64,000 bases of DNA from positions 1,054,001-1,118,000 of the forward strand of contig JBNJNM010000021.1 of the NCBI GenBank assembly GCA_052426225.1, given 5' to 3'. This document shows, piece by piece, positions 14,677 to 28,520 of this stretch (its first letter is position 1; each line of letters starts with the position of its first letter). Below the pieces are notes generated by a model. That model was given only the letters and a program-made list of their open reading frames with translations. It was not told the DNA's origin and made no database searches. The DNA comes from Zancudomyces culisetae HAW-14-8 (taxonomy: Eukaryota; Fungi; Kickxellomycota). The position numbers and the translations under genes were made by a program.

Positions 14677-15998
14677 ATCAAGTACACTCATCTTCCAGCA
14701 ATCACACGTTTGCACTTTTAGTGTGTGTTTGTAAATAAACATTTTTCTTAGTAACAATACTTGTATTAAATCTGGTACCTTTTTTTCTCCCAAGGATAAA
14801 GTTCTTGATGTTTTAATTAAAAACACTACTTTTTTCTATTCTCATTGAATGTGTGATTTAATATAATTAATAAATAATCATGTAGAAATTAAACAAAATA
14901 GATATGAAACGTAACATTGATGCATCATGTAGTTTATTTTGTATAGCACAAAAAACAACTAGAGTACACAATCTTACAATATGTTCTCTGATAACCCAGA
15001 AAAATCCCATGGTGTAAAAAAAAATACCGTCAAATGAATGAAAAAATGTTTACATGTTATAATCACTACTAACTCATTTTCCATCACACCAACATAAACA
15101 TTTAGGCATTATTACCGCCCAGTACTTGTTAGTTGCAAAAAAAAAAAAGCCAATGTATATTTTCTTGAAGAATGGCTAAAACCGCAAGCCAATTCTCTCA
15201 AGCTGAAATAAACTAAAAGAACGCTCATCAGAAAACAGCTTCTACTAGAGTACCTTTACACTTACCATTTTTTTTCTTCACTAGGTATGCATTTTACTAC
15301 ATTTTTACCTCGTTTCAATATATTTTTACAATATAAACTAGAAATGTCTATTCTTTCATAACCTAGTTGAGAGAAATATATATAATATATATTTGCGGTC
15401 CTGACAGGATACAGTATAATAATATGGTCCTTTGCCATAACCAACCATATGTGACCCGATTCTTATAATGCCTTTTTTATATATCTGTTTTATTAATGTT
15501 TAATAAGAGCAAAAAAATGTTTTGTTCTTTCTAACGACCTGAAAGGGCATCAGTGTTTGAATTAAGAGCAAATACCGCACACTGTTTTGTATATGTTGTC
15601 TACCGCTGCTACCTGGAAATAGAAGCCATGTTTGGACTTGGGTAAGAGTTACAGAACTTTGTAAACCTTAGGTGAATTGACTGCAATGTCCCTAATACCA
15701 AGCCAATATTCCAGGAAAACATCACTATCTTTTTTTGCTGAATTTCTAGTTATTGTATTTTTAGTTTTGACCTATTCGCTATTGAGTCTTTTTCCAACAT
15801 TACCTTCCAACTAAATCAATCCAAAATTTTTTACACACATTAGAAGAATTGTTAATACAAATCCAAACCCAAGCACAAGTTCACAGCTAAACAAAATTGT
15901 TCCATCTATTTTTTTTTAACTTGCATTATTTTTACCTTTCAGGTTAAAGCAATCAGATTACTACATAAATAAAAGGATCGAAAAAAGGGAATTCAAAA

Positions 15999-16796
15999 AT
16001 GGTAAGATTTATTTCACCCCACTGCCTATGTTTATAATTTTCTCCTGTGCGGTGAGATTTAGCTGAATAATAACTTACAAACTGAGATTTGCCTCTTCGA
16101 ATAAATTAATGAATAGGACAAATTTGGAATGAACAATCAGACCGAGCATTGTAAGGCGTAATATTATGATTATAATGTTGTAAATATATAAAAAAATTCA
16201 AGCTTGTGCATTTTTTTTTTTTTGGTCTTGGCTTGGTAACTCAATAATAATCATTATTTCAAAATCCATACACATAGTTCATGCCAAGTACACAGGAACA
16301 GGAAATCCAGATATAACAAAGCAGTAAGTATTTTGACTCAAAGGGGTGGAAGGGAGTGGCAGAAAGGATTATATGGACATCAATTTTACCCTCGACATTG
16401 TTAATAATCATAAATTTATCCAAAAAACTTTCAAACAACAAATAGCGAATGGCTTACGAATCAACACAGAGATACCTATGCCTATATGATCTCGGATAGT
16501 GCACTGGCAAGCTATGTTTCGATAGCGGAGGGCGAGAGTATATCAAGAGTTAGATTTAATTGTTTAGAGGTAAGTTCTTGTATTTCGCTATCTTGGTGGG
16601 GCTATCCTAGTAATAAAAAAAATGATTTGGTAGAGAAGGATTTTAGTATATGTATATAAGGTACTACGGTGCACATGTACACGAACTGTACTTATGCTTT
16701 CCTGCTGCAAGTGGAGGAATTTGCGAACTAAAATATATATTTTTTGTGTGTATTTAGAGAATGTTACAACCATGTGGACCACCGCCAAAGCCTTAG
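15999..16796 (+). CDS. SF3B5: Splicing factor 3B subunit 5 (SF3b10/Ysf3), 81 aa. Exons 15999-16001, 16117-16150, 16278-16323, 16446-16569, 16758-16796
   Basis: Spliced product MDKFGMNNQTEHFHAKYTGTGNPDITKHEWLTNQHRDTY...IAEGESISRVRFNCLERMLQPCGPPPKP matches the family motifs KYxGTG, EWLxNQHRD and MLQPCGPP. All introns are GTAAG..TAG. Confidence 0.92.
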
Positions 16797-17584
16797 ATAC
16801 TACTATCGCTACATCCAGTGTCGAAAAACTCAGATTATCAGCAATACAATTTATTTTCTACAAAATTGTATTTGCTACCTCTGTGTTTGCTAACAAAGCT
16901 ACTTTCCCTACCAATTACCCAGGCTACATTCAACCTTTCTATATGGTTTTGAGTTTGAAAGTGTGCATCAAATAGTCCTCTCTCCCTATTATTGCTCGTT
17001 GAAAGAAAGATAAGGGGTCTTGGTGCAATGGTATAGTTGTTATAGTACCAAATTATAATAATTGAGACCAACATAAAGTCTTATTCTTTAACCCTTGTAT
17101 AATAAACATTTTTTAAGGACATTAGTTGATTTTAATCTACATTTGAACAGGGAACGTAAACATAAAGATTCAAAAACACAATATTTGCTCACAGTTGTGT
17201 TGATTTATGTTCACGCTCATTTTGAAAGCGAAATTAATAATGCTTTAAAAAACCGACATTCAGTTACTTTTAAAGTATGACTAGCTGAATTGGCTGAAGT
17301 ATTGTGCTAATTCCAGCTGTGAATACCAATGCCAAAACGCTGCCTTTTAGACACGACACTCCAATTTTCCATTTGAAAAAAGAAAAAAATTTTTTATCAA
17401 CCAATTTTGACCTATAATTCAATTCGATCCAAGCAGAAATAACTGGCAACAAACATTGACGATTACATCAATATACTAACATATTTATTCAAACTGGGCA
17501 AATTCTAGAAAAGATTTTGATGTAAATAAATTGTAATAGTAATTGAATAAGAATCAAGAAAAATCATTGAAGAGGGCAGAGATC

Positions 17585-20500
17585 ATGGCAAAAGTAAAAG
17601 TTGAGGCAATCTCAGGTGGCTGCAACAGAATTGCACATTGTTTGTCATTAAAATCATATTACAGCAAATGTGGGAGAAATGAGAACGAAAGCAAGAATTC
17701 GAGACATGATTTGGTTGTGTATGGTGTCGGAAATGCGGTTGCCGTAGCTGAACTACAAGTAAGGCAGTCGATCTCAGCCGGATCGTTTTAACACTTAATA
17801 TCGCTTTTGACAACCAGTAGAATTTCTCGTCGAGATTAAAAGGAGATATTGCTGTTTCATTTGAAAAAGCATCTTTAAATCTTAAAACAGACTAACACTG
17901 AGAATGAATTTGATCAAAAAAATAGGATTACAAAGGAATCAAGGTTACGCTTCAGGGACACACCGATCGAGTAAACTGCACATCTTTTTTTCCAAATGGT
18001 ATTTCCTCACAAATAATTAATCTCCGTGAACTCTAACGTTTGTTGATGTGGCAATGATATAAAATGTTTTTTTCTGTGAATGCTATAGAAAATGATGATA
18101 CAATTGAATTTTTGAGTGGCTCGACAGATTGCACGGCAAAAATGTGGACACGAAACGCTAATGGAGAGGTAAACCTTACCTTTTTTTGTTTTAGAAAGCT
18201 AATGCTATCATTTGACGGGGATGTTCTTTTTGACTAATAAATATCTTGATGATAGCAGAAATAAAATGTAGAAAAAAAAACTAAAGCTCAATAAATGAAC
18301 AAATAGTTTGAATGTGCTTTCACATTGGAAGGGCACGAAGGTCCCATAATATGTTCAAGTATTGTTGAAGTGGATTTTCAAGACAAGAGTGGGTGTGTTT
18401 CGCATATTATTGTAACCGGATCAACTGATGGGTCGGCTAAAGTATGGTACAGATACAAAAAAGGTATGTTTAGAGCTGGAGATGATAATTAAATAGTGTA
18501 ATTTGTATAGTTTTGGTAAAAAGGAAAAGGGAACTAATAAACGATCTATTATCATGTATCTCTAAAAAAAATATTACAAACAGGCGAAAGTTGTCAAAAT
18601 GTGCAGACACTAGGGTTTGGGAGACATAGCGCAGTATCAGTGGCTTTGGGAAGCTTACCGGGATATGAAACAAAAGAAGGAGGGCTATTCCTGGCTGCTG
18701 GGTGTACAGATAGCAAGATTCATCTGTTTTCATTTGATAGTGTAACAAAGGTAAATTTAATGATTGCTCATTTTATGCCAATTTATATATTTACTGCTAC
18801 AGGATAAATGAGCTGAAATTAAAACTAAATCTAAAATAGAGCTTTACAAAAAGTACAGAGTTGAAGGGTCATGAAGATTGGGTTACATCGATATCAACGA
18901 CACGGTTTGTAAAGAATGAAAACGGAGAGAATTCAGCGATAAAACACTGGAATGATGGGGATGTAATAATGGCTTCAGGATCTCAAGACTTTTACTGTCG
19001 ATTATGGAGATTTTCTGCTGTAAATGCATCAAGACAGAATAAAAACTCGCATGAGGATAGTAGTGATGGCTTTTCCGCGTTTGCGGGAGGAAGCTTTGAG
19101 AAGTTTAGTGTGAAAAAGCACTATATGAGAATTGGGTAAGTGATAGTTGCTATTATTACCAACGAACTTGTTCATTGTGGAAATCTGTTTGTATATCTAA
19201 TAAACAAAATTTGGATAAATTTGTTATAGGGACAAGGAATACTCTGTCGAATTAGAATCAGTATTATCAGGGCATGAAGGATGGGTTCATAGCGTAATGT
19301 TTCAACGCCCGGTGAGCTCAGAAGAAGACCTACAGCTAATTACGGCGTCTGCTGACCAGTCGATTCTGGTATGGAGGCCAGACTCACTTACAGGAGTTTG
19401 GAATAGCGAGCTGCGACTCGGGGAAGTAAGTACTGGCAGCTATTCATTTGGGTTTTATACTGGAATCTTGCGTGAGGACGGAGAGATGATTGTAGCATCT
19501 GGGTATCAGGGATCGCTTCATATATGGCGTAAGATAAACGCAGAACCATTGGTTACCGGTATCTCTTTGCCAGGATGGGAACAGGATGTAGCGCCAACTG
19601 GGCACTTTGGTGTAGTTTCTGACATTCAATGGGAGCCAAAAGGAAGATACTTGCTTTCTCACAGGTACGTTACATCATTTCCGTAACTCTCACGTTTTTT
19701 TTTTTCATTTTCTCTTATATTTTTCATATTGCTCGTTAATATGGAGACTTAATATAAAATAATGTTCTTGATATTCAATAGTTTGGATAAAACTGCAAGA
19801 ATATTTGGAGAGTGGAAATCATCAAACAAAGACTATGGATGGCATGAAATAGCGCGCCCACAGATCCACGGATACGAGCTTAATTGCGCTACATTCGTTT
19901 CGCCTTTATGCTATGCGTCTGGTGCAGATGAAAAAGTGGTGCGAGTATTTGACGCACCAAATCATTTTGTCGAAACTTTTGATACATTGTGTTTCAACAG
20001 TTCTGAAGGAGCCAACAGCCAAGAAGCCGTAAACGAGCTAAAGCTATCAACTGATATATCTACAGATACTACAGGAACCTTATCCATGAGACCTGCCGAG
20101 GCCAGTGTTCCCCCTCTTGGTTTATCAAACAAAGCGGTTTTTCAACACGAGCTTGATGAGGTTGAAGGTGATGAGAAAGATGCCAATCAAGACCACCAAG
20201 ACAGTATCAACAACTATGGCGGCGCAAGAACCCAGACTACGGTTGAAGCTCTTTCTGCATCAACGTCTATAACAGTTCCTAAATCAACTCTTCATCCATA
20301 CTGCCACCCCCCGCTTGAAGAGTCTTTGCGTAGGCGAACACTATGGCCAGAATCCGAAAAATTATACGGCCATCCATATGAGACATTTGCTGTCGCATCT
20401 AATTTGCTGAATGGCTCTTCATCCTGGCTTGCCGTAAGTTGTAAAGCCAGCTCAGCCAAAAACGCGAATATCAGGCTGTACAAAACCAAGGATTGGCGTC

Positions 20501-21297
20501 CACCACAACATTCAAACAATGGTGTTTTGGCTGCACATTCGCTTACTGTCACTGGAATGGCTTTTTGCCCTCGCCTTGTTAACCTGGATACTACCATTTT
20601 GAATGATCAAAGTGATCAAAACTCTTCGCCTTCAGCTTTAGTTCCCTGTCTCTTAATGCTAACAGTGGGTCGTGATAGAGGCGTTTCCTTGTTTTGCCAG
20701 CCGCAACCGCACATATCTCCAAATACTAGCAATTCTGACTCGGATATTGATCATAGTACATCATCTGATGTTCAACTGGATCCCCAATCCCCTGTTCTAC
20801 TGCTCCAACACTTTTCTAAAGTACATGCACGAATAGTTTGGGATTGTAGTTGGTCACCAGATGGTTTCATTTTCGGAACCGCCTCACGTGACAAGACAAT
20901 TAAGTTATGGGCTCCAAGCACATCAAACAAAGGTTTTAATGTGTTCCACACTATCAAACTATCTGAAGCCTCAACCGCTATTTCAATAACCCATCCCCCA
21001 AAATACAATACTGCCACATCTACTATCCGTGAATACTGGATTGCCGTCGGCTTTGAGTCTGGCTTGATTTCAGTAGTACACTGCGCTCTCGACACCTCCA
21101 AATTGGAGCAGTCTGGATATCTTCCATCCATTTCCCTCGTTACCAAACTAGATAGTACTTTCTCCCATAACTTGAAAGTAAACAAACTAAAATGGAGACC
21201 TCTCCAAAATGACAATGATCTTTACACAAATGATTCTAGACATTTGGCTTCTTGCTCCGATGATAATACTTTTAGGGTATATTCCATTTCAATCTAG
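17585..21297 (+). CDS. ELP2: Elongator complex subunit 2 (WD40), multi-exon
   Basis: Start MAKVKVEAISGGCNR; WD repeats GHEDWV, SGSQD, GHEGWV; hallmark WHEIARPQIHGY, SGADEKVVRVF, LGLSNKAV, TLWPESEKLYGH, HARIVWDCSW. Internal exon edges not all resolved. Confidence 0.93.
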
Positions 21298-21623
21298 TTT
21301 ATATTTCAGTTTTCCTAATCTTGTACCTACAAAAACCTGATCATTTAATTCTTCTTTTCTATTTTTAGTTGTCTGGTTGAATATTTTATATATTGGAAAC
21401 AACGATCAATAATAAAAGAATTATGCTATGATATAACCATAAATTGTATACTACCCTGTGCTCAATGATTTGGAGTAATCAAGTCATTGTATATTGATTA
21501 AAAGGTTTTGGAGTTGAATGCAAAATATTAAATGAAAAATACGATGTCACTCAACTTTATACAAATATTAAATCAAAATACAGAAATGGCATGTATTTCA
21601 AAATAATTGAAATATAAAAGAAT

Positions 21624-21696
21624 TGCCCACTTCCAGAATCGAACTGAAGACCTTCTGCTTACGAGGCAGACGCTCTGCCAACTGAGCTAAGTAGGC
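21624..21696 (-). tRNA. tRNA-Thr(CGT)
   Basis: Cloverleaf GCCTACT...AGTGGGCA; anticodon arm TCTGC-CTCGTAA-GCAGA; T-loop GTTCGATTC. Confidence 0.95.
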
Positions 21697-21702
21697 TATG
21701 TT

Positions 21703-22690
21703 TGTTGTGTGTTGCCATGTTTAACGTCCCATTTAGTGTTTTTTACACCAAATAACACACGGGACGGGTCATTTTACTTACCTTTTACTATATGCTGCGA
21801 ATTATTATACAGTACTTTGGATTTTGCAAAAGAGGACATTTATTTAGTTAAACAAAAATTTCAATTTTATACAATAAAATCTACAAAAAATCTAACTAAA
21901 AATTACAAAACACAATTAACCAATGGAAATGTTTCACCTATTGTAGGCATACAACACCTCCCCCCCTCAGCTTAAGTACAGGATTCCACCCGCTTTAAGC
22001 TTTACAATGTCTACGGACTAACAGTATCAGAGTTATATGTCCGATTTATGACTACAATGCAGATTCAACTTAGTTGAAACACTGCCAAAAAATATTGAAC
22101 ATTTGGTTCAATTCTAACAAGGACCGAAAATTTCTGATTCGAATCCTTAATATATGCAAAAAAAATCATTAGTTTTTTCTTCGAAAAACTGCATATACCT
22201 ACCGATTATCTTGGTTCAAATTCGTTTCTGGAGTCGTATGTGGCATTACCGATGCTCTAAACTGCTTCACGCTAGGATCTCTGTCCATTGTGGCGTTCTT
22301 CGCTCCCGTTTATCTTGTCGAACCTGTGAATCCTACGAATTATTTTTTGAATCCAAAAAATAATCTTCTAAAAATCGAGCTCCTAGCTCGGTCAAAGGAC
22401 CCTTCTCAACGGAGTGGGTCCTGGCTGGATCACCACTGTTGTGTGTTGCCATGTTTAACGTCCCATTTAGTGTTTTTTACACCAAATAACACACGGGACG
22501 GGTCATTTTACTTACCTTTTACTATATGCTGCGAATTATTATACAGTACTTTGGATTTTGCAAAAGAGGACATTTATTTAGTTAAACAAAAATTTCAATT
22601 TTATACAATAAAATCTACAAAAAATCTAACTAAAAATTACAAAACACAATTAACCAATGGAAATGTTTCACCTATTGTAGGCATACAACA
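21703..22690 (-). mobile_element. Element A: non-autonomous TRIM-like LTR element (988 bp)
   Basis: Two apparently identical 254-bp TG..CA LTRs (21703-21956, 22437-22690). PPT AGGGGGGGAGG (minus, 21957-21967). PBS TGGTGATCCAGCCAGGA (minus, ~22419-22435). 480-bp interior with no gag/pol. Flanks GTT / GTTT. Confidence 0.9.
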
Positions 22691-23088
22691 GTTTATGTCG
22701 TGAATTTTAATCACCACAATTTATAATTTTTTTCCACTGGGTTTTTAATAAATTGCTAAGATGGTTAGATTAAATTCACGTTACATTCCCGTAAATCCGC
22801 ATGACAAACCATTTCAGATGGATCGACAGTTGAGAAAATCATCCCCAACACGTTTATAAATTTTAATGACTGGATTTACAATTTTAGCTTATGTTTCATT
22901 TACTTGTTTCAGATTATTATTATTTCACATGTTATCATAAAATTTATATGATTAAAGTATTTTATTAGGATTATAATTTTTACAGAATTTATATATAAGG
23001 TTTAGTATTTCTAAAATAAAACATCAGTTCTCAAATACAGTTTTACTTATACTATATTTATATGACAGTTATATATATAATATAAATT

Positions 23089-26000
23089 ATGGTGATCCAG
23101 CCAGGACAAAACCCGAGCCAAACCAGACAGTCAAGTCAGACAATCAAGACAAGACAAGACAAGACCAAACCAGACCAGAACAGATCAGAACAAACAGAAC
23201 AAGCTGAAAAGCCAGAGCTGACAGAAAAGGCAGAGTACACCAAGGATATCAAGAAAATGATAGGGGTGAAGGAAAGCCAAGTCTTCAGGACAGTAAGAGT
23301 TAGTGAACCACCTGTATTTAACAACTTGCCGGACCAGAATGCAGCTATATGGATGAAGAAATTTGAGTTATTCGGCCGCAGCGAAAACTGGACAGCTGAA
23401 GATAAACTGGAATACATTGAGGTATATTTTGGAAATAGGATATACTTGTGGAATGAGAGGACAGCAGTCAAAGTCAACACTTGGGATGAGTATAAGACAG
23501 AATTTTTAAAGAAGTTTGATATCAAAGATTCTGTACTAAACTCGTGGCGTGCCTTACAACGGATAAGACAATACTCAATGGAGAGTGTGGAAGAGTTTGT
23601 AGCACGACTAGAAAGATTGTTCTCATCAGCACAAGTAAAAGATGACGCCATCATGTATCAATGTCTAATGACCGCTTTATTGCCGCAATACCAGACCGAA
23701 ATACTGAAAAGCAAGGTTAATAAGTACGACGAAGCCGTCCAACAAGCCGTTGAGTTTGAGGAGTTAGAAAAGTTCATACAGGATAATGTATACTCAGCCG
23801 GTCAGCAAAGAAACAGAAGGCAGCAAGAAGTACGACAAGACACAAGAGGTTCGGTACGCAATGATAACAGAGGGGGTTTACACGTTGTAAAACAAAAAGT
23901 AAAACCAGAATTCAAGACACCAGTAGAAGCTAAAGAAAACAGTGTAGAGGCAAGTTACTATCCCAAATATCCAAGAGTCACCTGCTATACGTGTAATGAA
24001 GTAGGACATATCAGCCCACAGTGCCCTATCAGAAACAATGCAAGTGGAAACCCGAATTACACCGATAAACTTAAGGACGTTAACGTAGTTGAGTTATATC
24101 AAGGAACTCAGAATGACGTTATAGCAGACCTAGAGCAGCGTTGGAGTGACCTGAGCATAATTGAGAAGCGCAAGCTCTTAGACGGCGATAAAGGAGAAGA
24201 CTACAAGAAAGTTAAACATAGTGTCAGTATTCCCGAAGCAATAGGCCAGGATAAGTTTAATATTATTAGTAAAGGTATAGTTTTAAATAATAAGGCAGAC
24301 CAGGAAGGGATGCAAAAAGATAATAACATAAACATTAATAAAGTATACGAGGCAAAATCAGAGAGACAAGAATACTCTGTTAGGAAAGATATAAAAACAG
24401 TAAAAGCAAACATCACCTTAGATCAATTAATCAGGGTATCGCCTACTGTAAGAGCAGAATTAAAAGAAGTATGGGAGAACAACCATAATGAAGAGCCAAG
24501 AGAGTTGGGAACTCTATTTCAAGCGCCCAGTACAAATTGTAGGGCAAAGATATGGCTATTTAACCAAGAATGTAAAGTCGTGATTGATACAGGAGCAGCT
24601 TGCAGCGTTGTCACCAACGCTTTAGCCACAGACCTCAAACTTTCAGTGGATAAGAAATCCCAGGAAATTATCATGACAGCTGATGGGAGCGTTCATCGCA
24701 CAATAGGGAAGGCATGGAACGTACCCATAAATATTAAAAATATTACCTTCCCTGCAGACCTGTTAATTATGTCTAGCAACAAGGAAACATTCGTGCTTGG
24801 AGTTGACTGGCTCAAAACGCACAACGTAGTTATAGACATCACCAATAATAAGGTGATGATACCACATAATAACTCCACAGTTTCATTAGAGATTTCAACG
24901 ATAGTTGAAGAACCCGAAGAGGTAGTCGGGTGGGCCAAGGAAGTAGCATTAGTTGAAAATAAGCCCAAAGTTGAAAACGATATTGCACAGTTATTGGTGC
25001 ATTATAATGACATATTTGCTTCATCACTAGAAGAGTTGACAAGCACAGACTTAGTCGAGCACTCAATCGACACTGGGGACCACAAACCCATTCGTCAGAG
25101 ACCTTATAGAGTACCTCAATCTATGCAGGTTAAGGTTAGAGAAGAACTAGCTACCATGCTAAAAAATGGTGTTATAGAAAGATGCCACTCGGACTGGTGC
25201 TCACCAGTGGTAACCATTGTCAAAAAGAATGGTAAATTAAGGGTATGCTCAGATTACCGCCAGTTAAACGCCATCACCAGAAGAGACAACTATCCTTTAC
25301 CTAACATTTCAGATATCTTTAACGCTCTAGCTGGAGCACAATTCTTTACGACGCTAGACGCCCTTAGTGGGTTCTGGCAGGTAAAAATTCGTGAAGCTGA
25401 TAAAACAAAAACAGCCTTTTCATTTCCTGGAGAAGGTTTATATTGTTATAAGGTCATGCCCTTTGGACTTAGCAATAGTCCCGCGACCTTTCAAAGACTA
25501 ATGGAGTCTATTTTACAACCTGTTTTATGGAAATCAGTGGTCGTCTTTATAGACGACATTGTAGTATTTTCCACATCATTCAGTCAACACTTATTAGACA
25601 TAAAAGTAGTTTTTGATTTAATTAAGGAGGCAAAAATAAAATTGAACGAAGAGAAATGCGTGTTTGCCCAACAGCGCATATCATATCTGGGCCACGCGAT
25701 TTCTAAAAAGGGGATTGAGACAGATCCATCAAAGTCGGCAGCAATTTCTAAGCTACCATATCCAAACAACATTAAAGAAATTCAAAGCTTTTTAGGCTTA
25801 ACCGGTTATTATCGCAGGTTTATAAGAGATTACGCAAGAATAAGTAAACCATTAACATTGATGTTGCGCAAAGACCATCCATGGAGTTGGAATGAAAGTT
25901 GTTCAGAGGCTGTGGACAAGTTAAAAGAAATGCTCAGTAAACCACCAGTGCTCAAACACCCAGACTGGGATAGAGAGTTTACCATATCCACAGACGCATC

Positions 26001-28128
26001 AAAACAAGGATTAGGTGCCATATTAAGCCAGTGTTACGATGGAAGAGACTGGCCAGTTGCATATGCCAGTCGTACTTTATCTAAAGCCGAAGAAAATTAT
26101 TCCATCACTGTCATGATCCAATCATGACATTTTGGGGAAACCCAAAATTATTTCGTTTTTGGGGCAAAACAAAAACGAAATCAATTTTGGGAAAAAACCA
26201 AAATAAAATTAAATTTGGGTAAAATCAAAATTAACCACATTTTGAGAAAAAGATAATTATCCACATTTTGGGTAAACCAAAATTGGTTAACATTCTTTTT
26301 CAATTTCCCAACCCCCAACTCATTATTAAATTACATTTAATATCGAGTTGTGCTGTTTGTTTCATGCCTAGTTATTTATTGTAGTTAAATTATATTTGAA
26401 TTTAAAGTGAGTTTTAAAACTATAAATACTTAGTGATTTTATTGTAAAGATCTTTAGCAATAAAATAACAACTTCTTTAACTATAGTTTTCGACAATAAA
26501 TTAAATAATAATATCACTCAGTTGTCAAGTCCTGACAATCACTCACTTAGAGGGGCTAGGTGTAGTTTGGGGAGTGACACATTTCAGACACTATGTTTTA
26601 GGACGCCCATTTAAGATCATTACTGACCACTCCGCTCTAATTAATATTTTTAAATCAAAAGAGCATACAGGTCGGCTAGCCCGCTGGGAAATTACTCTGA
26701 AAGAGTACGATTACACCTTAGAACACCGAAAAGGTGCTAACAATCCCGCTGACCACCTATCAAGATTTACCTCCAGTTCAATGGATAAAATGCACCAAGA
26801 CATTGAAACAAAAGCTTTATTTGCGATGAGTATTGTCAGATATGAAACTATAATGAAGTATTTAACTAACAGAGCTTATCTATCTGGGTTAAATGAGGAA
26901 GAAAAATTAGAGTTCAGAAAGAAGGCTAATTCATACAAAGTCAGCGACAATAGATTAGTATCAGTAAGCAAACGGTTTGGACAAAGAGAAGTACTCAATG
27001 AATCCAATGCAGAAGAAAAAATTCATGCTATTCACGACCAAGAGCATAGTGGAATAGGAAACACATGGGAAAGGGTCAAACTTTTATACACAGGTTCTAG
27101 AATATTTGATATTGTTAAAAGAGTTGTTAAGTTTTGTGTCCTTTGCCAAAGATTCAAAGGGCATATTAGTAAAGTGAACCCGCTGCATCCCATAGCTTCA
27201 GCAAAACCTTTTGAGATACTGGAATCGACGCCATGGGGCCGATCAATCCGGTATCTGCAAGTGGTAATAGGTATTTACTGACAGCTATGGATTACAATAC
27301 CAAATGGCCAATATCGCGAGCCGTACCTAACATAAGCACAGAAATAGTTGTAAATTTCCTAATTTATAATGTAGTTGCACTTTATGGAGTTCCTAAACAG
27401 CTGATTTCAGATAGAGGAGCTAATTTTATAAGTGAAATAGCAACAGAGTTCTATAAGTTTTTAGGTATAGAACATCGACCCACCACTGCATACCGACCAC
27501 AGGCCAATGGCCAAGTGGAAAGGTTTAACCAATACCTTAAAAATGTTTTGTCTAAATATTGTTACAAAGACAGACATAATTGGGATAAGTATTTATGGAA
27601 AGTCCTATTAACAATACGCTCTACTAAAAATCGAAATATTGGTGTGAGTCCTGCTGAAAGTTTATATGGTGTAAAATTAAACACACCTGTATATTGGAAC
27701 CCAAATGTGACTATTGAAAATGAAGAAGAGGCCACATTAGAGCGACTCAAGTTTATACGAGAAGAGTTACCAATTATTAGGGCTCAAGCGTACAACAATA
27801 TAGTTATCAACAAAAAGTATGAAAAACAAAAGTATGATAAAGCAGTTAAAGCGTATCAATATAAAGTAGGTGACAAAGTTCTTCGCATAGTAGCCGCACC
27901 ACAATCTAAGTTTTCTGATCGTTGGGAAGGTCCATTACCATTGTAAGAGTACTAGACAAGGGTACTTATATCATAATGGACGCTAATATGAACAAAGATC
28001 AAGTTAATGGCGATCGGTTGAAACCGTACCAAGAACGAGGCTATATGATTCCGGAAGTCGTGCCAAGTAGAATCAGAACTACGTTGCAGTACTACAAGCA
28101 AAGTAGTCAGTCAGACCGAGACGTCTGA
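23089..28128 (+). pseudogene. Element B gag-pol polyprotein (CCHC knuckle, protease DTG, RT FIDD, RNase H, integrase), disrupted
   Basis: ORFs 23089-26127, 26574-27281, 27233-27946 and 27922-28128 are collinear pieces; insertion at NYSIT/HLEG plus two 1-nt frameshifts. Confidence 0.9.
26109..26537. mobile_element. Solo LTR (429 bp) inserted in the RNase H of element B
   Basis: TGTCA...TGACA termini; 5-bp TSD ATCAC; removal restores NYSITHLEGL. Confidence 0.88.
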
Positions 28129-28520
28129 CATCAAGAGGGGGTCTGTCGTGAATTTTAATCACCGCAATTTATAATTTTTTCCCACTGGGTTTTTAATAAA
28201 TTGCTAAGATGGTTAGATTAAATTCACGTTACATTCCCGTAAATCCGCATGACAAACCATTTCAGATGGATCGACAGTTGAGAAAATCATCCCCAACACG
28301 TTTATAAATTTTAATGACTGGATTTACAATTTTAGCTTATGTTTCATTTACTTGTTTCAGATTATTATTATTTCACATGTTATCATAAAATTTATATGAT
28401 TAAAGTATTTTATTAGGATTATAATTTTTACAGAATTTATATATAAGGTTTAGTATTTCTAAAATAAAACATCAGTTCTCAAATACAGTTTTACTTATAC
28501 TATATTTATACGACATTTAG

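Larger units (their letters stand above)
22696..28515 (+). mobile_element. Element B: Ty3/gypsy LTR retrotransposon (tRNA-adjacent clade), interrupted by a solo LTR
   Basis: 372-bp LTRs 22696-23067 and 28144-28515 (about 3 differences); 4-bp TSD TTTA; PBS 23090-23106; PPT AAGAGGGGG before the 3' LTR. Confidence 0.95.

Noticed and set aside
1647-21696. Functional cluster of ThrRS, ELP2 and tRNA-Thr
   Set aside because: Unrelated genes intervene and tRNA genes are common; no evidence beyond coincidence.
21709-22703. Duplicated ORFs 21709-21975 and 22290-22703
   Set aside because: Chance frames across the identical LTRs of element A.
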